A stretch of DNA of 61,103 bases, taken from Candidatus Pacearchaeota archaeon. Lineage in GTDB: Archaea > Nanobdellota > Nanobdellia > Pacearchaeales > GW2011-AR1. Made by a program: the position numbers and the translations under genes. The notes under the pieces are model-generated. The model was not told the DNA's origin. It did no database searches and worked only from the letters and a program-made list of their open reading frames with translations. The DNA lies in assembly GCA_016866995.1 (NCBI GenBank), contig VGKQ01000004.1, forward strand, positions 1 through 61,103, given 5' to 3'. Shown here one piece after another: positions 55,987 through 61,103 of the stretch (the first letter of the stretch is position 1; each line of letters begins with the position of its first letter).

Positions 55987-58900
55987 ATGAAACAAAAAAT
56001 AACAAAGATAAATTTATTTAAAATTATTAAAAAATCTCAAAAATTGCTGTTATTTGTTGTATTGCTAGCTTCATTATCATTAGTTATGGCAGCAGATTAC
56101 AGGACAATGAGTTTTTCAAGCTCGTATTCAAATGTGCAGTATTTTACCCCTAATTCATATAATAGCTATTCAATGACTCAGGCAACAACTTACTGGCCTA
56201 ATTTGTCAAATGCTGAAAAATGCGAGGCAAACATGGATTTTTACATGAACATCAGGCCAGATGGGTGCACTCCGAGAGTTGTTCGAAGCGATTTACTGGA
56301 AGAGCAGAATGTCCCTGTTTTCTGCAGAGTTGATATTTTAAAGCTTAATCCATTGATTGAAGTAAGCCAGATAAAATCTGTTTCTTATAATTCAAATGGA
56401 AGCAACAAGTATATTGCCGGGGTTGGATTTCATCCAAACAGAGAGGCTATATATTCTCAGAAAGGATTTCTTAATAATCCATTAATTAATGATGCAGGTT
56501 ATGTTGTAGTTGTTTTGAAGAGAATTCCTGCTGAAAAAGATATGCCTGATTCAATAAAAGTAAATTTGACAGGAGCACTGACATTTGATGCATTTGGATT
56601 TTACGGCTCTGGAAGCAATAATTATTATTTGAAGCCTGTTGATAATGAGTACTGGGGCATAGGAGATAATTACAAAGAAAACTCAATTTTCAAAGGGCAG
56701 GCTTACTTGAGGGCAGAAGATATTGAATCAAGCAGTGCAAAAATTTCTGTTTATGCTGACAAGGATACAAGAATATCAAGCCTTGTTCTGCAGCAGGGAC
56801 AGACTTCAAACAAGATTTATCTTCCTGGATTTTACTGCAAGGCAGGATTTAAAATGAAATTAGATGCTGTAACTGCAGGATTTAAGAGAGTTCAGCTAGA
56901 GGTTGATGATAATACAATATGGCTTACTGAAGGAGAAAAATTTCTTGACAATAAATGCAAGGTTGTTGAAATAAATATAAAACAGGAAACTCAGAAAAAA
57001 CAGGAAATTCAGAGTGTTGAGTTTGAAAGCAAGACATTCCAGATGAAAAATTTGGAGGATGAACAGGGAAAAGTCTGGAGCTTTTCAGAACTTGAAAATG
57101 TTAATCTTGACAATGTTCCTAAGCTTATTGATTTGTATAATAAATATGAAAGCGAGAAAACCAAGAAGAAAAATGGATTATTAATAGTTTATAATACTCC
57201 CAGCCAGGCAAAATATATTACAAAAATGGAGAAAGATGGGGACAAGATAAAATTATTTTCCGGAACAACATTGATTGATATTGGAAGCACTGACTCGCAG
57301 AAATTCCTTAAAGATTTGAAAGTAAGCAGAGTCTCATTTGTGATTTACAGGGAGAAAGTAACTAAAACTACAAGTGGCTCTGTTACAAAATCTGTGAAGA
57401 TTTCATGCCCTGAAAAAACAGAGACATTGAGCTATAGCGAGGGAGTTGTTGAGCAGCAAAAGAATACACAAGCATGGTGGGATTTATTCAGGAAAGAGCA
57501 GAAAGAGAAGCAATTAAGCGACGCTGTTCTTGATGATGAAACAAAAAGGGCTTTTGACATGGCTAAAGCACAGGCGCAGGAAATAGAGAATTATTACGGA
57601 AGCGCAGGAGAGGGAAACGAGATTTTTGCTGCAAAAGCTTTTTACAAACTTGCATTGCTGGCAGAACAGGCACAATTGAATGAGACAGCAAGAAACTTAT
57701 TTTTGAAGCTTGTTCAGGATTATGCAGACACGCCTTATGCAAAAAGCGCGGGCACTCATCTTGAGAATATTGGAATTGGATATCTTGGAATTGGAACTCA
57801 CAAAATAAGATTAATAAAAATTGAGTCTCCTTCAAGAGATGATGCCTCTGCTTCTTTTAGTGTGACAAAATCAGGCAATAAGCTTCCTGCTGAAAAAATA
57901 CAGGAGACAGAAACATTTGCAAATGTTTTCAGGCTTGTAAAATTATATCCAGACAAGGTTGATTTAGTGAAAATTAATGACAATAAAGAAGAAAGATTTA
58001 ATTTGAGCACTGCTTATCGAACAAGAAGCTTTGATGATTACCAAATAACTCTTGACACAATTTATTACAAGAAGACAGCCAAGGTTACAATTAAGTCTTT
58101 TGACTTTAATTTTGTATCTCAAGCAGACTTTCCGTTTGAAGTTGGAATTGAGAAAAGAGCAATAGAGCTTTCTCCTGACAAGACAAGGGAGAGAATAAAA
58201 AATCTGAACAAGACTATTGCTCAGTGGGAGAATATTGTCAAGAATCTTGGAAAGATTGTTGAGGGATGGAAAGCAGCATGCCTTGCAACATCTGCAGTTA
58301 TTACTGCAAAAAATTTCTTTATGAATCTTGGAGGAGGAGCTACTGCAAGGCAGGCAGTTATGCCTCAATGGTATAAGAGGTGCGAGATTGAATCTGGAAA
58401 AGACCAGGTTGCATTTAATAAATGCCTGAAAGACCATGGAACAGAAATAGACAATGATATCAGCATTTATCAAAGAGAAATTCAAAGATTAAATACTGAG
58501 ATGACTGCAATACAAAATACAAATAAATTTACAGGAACAGACACTGTTGATACAAAAAAGGCAAAAGAAATTTTAAGAGGACAAGCCCAGATATTTTCAT
58601 ATTTTCCCTTGACATTAGATGAGGGCGGGAAGATAGTTCAGGGAAAGCAAGTTAGTGTTACATCTGCCCAGCTTGATGCTGCAAGCTATACTGACTTGAG
58701 AGACTTAATATTTAACCAGAGAATTTTGAATTCAGGAGCAAGCGAAACAGCAAGATTAACTGCCACTGGAAAAATAGATGCAATTGTTTCAAGATTAGAC
58801 AAGAAAGTAAAAACAGGAAGCAGTGAAATTTATGAGGGAGGAGAAGAGTGGCTTAATTCCTTTTCATTAAAATATTATTCTACTGGAAAGAATGCAGGAT

Positions 58901-61103
58901 TGCCTTATATAATTCCTCTTCCAAAAAATTACGGAGGAAAGACAGGATTTTACGTTATTATTCAGGATGCAAATTCATTTGGAAGAGGCTCTGGATTTAC
59001 AGAAGCAGGAGAAATCAAGGAATTTTGGATACAGAATGTTGGCAAGGACGGGAGAGTTGACCCGTATGGAGATGAGGCAACACAGATAAACATGAACTGG
59101 AAGAAAATGCCGCAAGTTTTGAATTTGAGCCCTGAAGATTCAGAAAAAATAATTCAGGATGCTATTCAGGCAATTGAGCAGGCAAAAAGGCAGTATGGCT
59201 CAAACAGAGTGAGCATATTTGGAAGAGAAATTCCAGTTGACAAGTCAGGGAATATTAATGAGAAAAGATGCCAGGATTTCATGTCTCCTGAAGACTGCCA
59301 GATAATATTTAATGTCTGCGATCCAGTAGTGTGCCCAAGTTCGAGGTGCAATTTAGGAGGAGCATACAGAGTTGACAATGTTATCCAATCTGGGATAATT
59401 GGAAGCATAGCTTTATGCCTGCCAAATATAAATGAGGGGATAGTTGTGCCTGTTTGCATTTCTGGAGTTTATGCCGGCTTGGAAGCTTATATTTCTATAT
59501 TAAAAGCTCACAGAGATTGTCTTCAAGAAAATCTGAATTCAGGAAGAATGACTGGAATCTGCGATGAGATTTATTCAATTTATCTCTGCGAATTTTTCTG
59601 GAGGCAGATTGGGCCGTATATTGATTTGCTTCTCATCAAGTTCCTTGAAACTATTCAGGGGCAGGGAATGAGGGGGGGCGGAGAGTATCTTACTGTTCAG
59701 GATTCATGGAAAAATATGGAAAGCTCAATAAATTATCTGAAAAATGAGTATTCTGCAAATGCTTTCAAGACATTTGAGGCAAGAAATACAGGGGATATTG
59801 GGGCTGAATTCTGCAAGATGTATGTTTCATCTGCCACTCCTGATTTTAAGGAGTTATTAGAGCCAGAGTCTCCATACCAGTTTGCAGCATGGTTTGATGA
59901 AATTTCATATACAGAAGCAACTGCGCCTGCAACTTCCCAGTATAAAGTGTTTTATCATATATATGCTGGCAAAGATGAAGGAATCAGCTATCAAGTTTAC
60001 TTGACAGATCCGCCTAAATCTGCATATATTGCTGTCCAGAATTATATTGTTGTTGATACTAATTATATTCCAAAAGGAGGATTTCAGTCACAAACTCGGG
60101 ACTTTACTGCGCCTGCTGGCTACAAGCAAGTATGCGTGAGAATTAATGGAAAGGATGAGTGCGGCTTTAAGAAAGTTACAACTAATTTCGCAATTAATTA
60201 TGTTTCTGATGCATATTATACAGAAATGCTTTCAAAAGCAGACATCAAGACAAGAGAAGAGTGCACTTCTGGAAGCCCTTCAAGTGTTTCAGATGTTTCT
60301 GCGCTTGGATTATTGCAGACCGGAAACATACAGGAGGGAGTTGAAACTGTTATAAATCCACAGCTTGAGAAAAAAGGAGTTGTTAGAGTATGCTCTTCAA
60401 CAAATCCAGGGCAATCCACAAGTCCGCAAAGATGGAAAGAGGTTGGATTTTGCGACAATGAAGATGTAAAATGCTGGCTTGATATTCAGAGCGTGCAGGA
60501 TGTTATTAAGAATAAGAATATGACACAGCAAGTGATAAATTCAGGAAACCTGAGTTCAATCGGAGTTCCTGTATATGACCAGGAATTAATTAACAGCAAG
60601 CTTAAGAAAGTTACAGATGCGCTTGAGAGATTTAACAATGAGATTAAGACAATGACTCCTCAGGCAAGAAAACAGCTTGCAATTGACATACTTGACAAGA
60701 AAAATCTTGCAATTATTGACATTGACTCATTAATGAAAGAGATGGAAGATGTGAGGCAGAATGCGCCCCTTAATAATATGAAAGCCAAGGCTGTTTATTA
60801 CGAGTCTGACATTTATTACACTCTTGCAAAAGCGATGATTGATTCTCTTCTTGAAACAAAAAAAGACACTGCTGTTGTAGGAGGAAAGCCGTGTTCATGG
60901 GAAAACAAGCGGGATGTAGAGCCGACAGTTGGCGATAATTCTTTGATAAGAGATAATGAGGGAAATTATTGGAAGAAAAAAGGAGGCAGCTGGATTGCAA
61001 GTGATGAGCTTGGGAAGAAAGAAGGAACAAGCAGGAGCTTCAATAATATTCCAACTCCAATATGCCTTGTGAATATTGAAACTGCTCCTGCAGAAACTAC
61101 AAC
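55987..61103 (+). CDS. giant secreted protein, 3'-truncated by the window end (at least 1705 aa)
   Basis: Sec signal MKQKITKINLFKIIKKSQKLLLFVVLLASLSLVMAADY. The frame was checked as open at 56041, 57001, 58021, 59041, 60001 and 61021. It is absent from the track, presumably because no stop codon falls within the window. Confidence 0.8.
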   Translation, partial: MKQKITKINLFKIIKKSQKLLLFVVLLASLSLVMAADYRTMSFSSSYSNVQYFTPNSYNSYSMTQATTYWPNLSNAEKCEANMDFYMNIRPDGCTPRVVRSDLLEEQNVPVFCRVDILKLNPLIEVSQIKSVSYNSNGSNKYIAGVGFHPNREAIYSQKGFLNNPLINDAGYVVVVLKRIPAEKDMPDSIKVNLTGALTFDAFGFYGSGSNNYYLKPVDNEYWGIGDNYKENSIFKGQAYLRAEDIESSSAKISVYADKDTRISSLVLQQGQTSNKIYLPGFYCKAGFKMKLDAVTAGFKRVQLEVDDNTIWLTEGEKFLDNKCKVVEINIKQETQKKQEIQSVEFESKTFQMKNLEDEQGKVWSFSELENVNLDNVPKLIDLYNKYESEKTKKKNGLLIVYNTPSQAKYITKMEKDGDKIKLFSGTTLIDIGSTDSQKFLKDLKVSRVSFVIYREKVTKTTSGSVTKSVKISCPEKTETLSYSEGVVEQQKNTQAWWDLFRKEQKEKQLSDAVLDDETKRAFDMAKAQAQEIENYYGSAGEGNEIFAAKAFYKLALLAEQAQLNETARNLFLKLVQDYADTPYAKSAGTHLENIGIGYLGIGTHKIRLIKIESPSRDDASASFSVTKSGNKLPAEKIQETETFANVFRLVKLYPDKVDLVKINDNKEERFNLSTAYRTRSFDDYQITLDTIYYKKTAKVTIKSFDFNFVSQADFPFEVGIEKRAIELSPDKTRERIKNLNKTIAQWENIVKNLGKIVEGWKAACLATSAVITAKNFFMNLGGGATARQAVMPQWYKRCEIESGKDQVAFNKCLKDHGTEIDNDISIYQREIQRLNTEMTAIQNTNKFTGTDTVDTKKAKEILRGQAQIFSYFPLTLDEGGKIVQGKQVSVTSAQLDAASYTDLRDLIFNQRILNSGASETARLTATGKIDAIVSRLDKKVKTGSSEIYEGGEEWLNSFSLKYYSTGKNAGLPYIIPLPKNYGGKTGFYVIIQDANSFGRGSGFTEAGEIKEFWIQNVGKDGRVDPYGDEATQINMNWKKMPQVLNLSPEDSEKIIQDAIQAIEQAKRQYGSNRVSIFGREIPVDKSGNINEKRCQDFMSPEDCQIIFNVCDPVVCPSSRCNLGGAYRVDNVIQSGIIGSIALCLPNINEGIVVPVCISGVYAGLEAYISILKAHRDCLQENLNSGRMTGICDEIYSIYLCEFFWRQIGPYIDLLLIKFLETIQGQGMRGGGEYLTVQDSWKNMESSINYLKNEYSANAFKTFEARNTGDIGAEFCKMYVSSATPDFKELLEPESPYQFAAWFDEISYTEATAPATSQYKVFYHIYAGKDEGISYQVYLTDPPKSAYIAVQNYIVVDTNYIPKGGFQSQTRDFTAPAGYKQVCVRINGKDECGFKKVTTNFAINYVSDAYYTEMLSKADIKTREECTSGSPSSVSDVSALGLLQTGNIQEGVETVINPQLEKKGVVRVCSSTNPGQSTSPQRWKEVGFCDNEDVKCWLDIQSVQDVIKNKNMTQQVINSGNLSSIGVPVYDQELINSKLKKVTDALERFNNEIKTMTPQARKQLAIDILDKKNLAIIDIDSLMKEMEDVRQNAPLNNMKAKAVYYESDIYYTLAKAMIDSLLETKKDTAVVGGKPCSWENKRDVEPTVGDNSLIRDNEGNYWKKKGGSWIASDELGKKEGTSRSFNNIPTPICLVNIETAPAETT

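Noticed and set aside
56486-61030. Multiple 60-173-aa minus-strand ORFs in the last 5 kb.
   Set aside because: A single uninterrupted plus-strand frame from 55987 to the window end, with a signal peptide and protein-like composition, explains the region. The minus ORFs are shadows.

Overview
This is a strongly AT-rich archaeal chromosome segment. The gene content looks DPANN-like: RadA, aIF2-alpha, eS1, eL42, uS15, a Nop10-like mini-ORF, Bud32, a GINS-like protein, EndoQ-like, a RecJ/DHH protein, SRP54 and FtsY. All four tRNAs contain introns, and there are several giant Cys/Asn/Gly-rich surface proteins. Two housekeeping genes (radA and srp54) are each split by a LAGLIDADG intein. The stand-out locus lies at about 43.3-49.7 kb. 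A tyrosine recombinase gene is read divergently from seven single-ORF units of 589-1024 bp. Each unit ends in an imperfect palindrome with RYYYAAC...GTTRRRY-type cores and perfectly complementary inner arms. This matches an integron-like gene-cassette array (attI-like site plus attC-like sites), wedged between srp54 and ftsY. A second accessory patch at about 10.0-16.2 kb carries a frameshifted RelE-like toxin, a TrmB-type regulator divergent from a radical-SAM/HD/CitG-like operon, and a DUF4143-type ATPase. That patch is bracketed by an exact 22-nt direct repeat and by 55-nt hairpin repeats. Everything here comes from reading the sequence and the ORF track by eye. No database search, folding or statistics were run.
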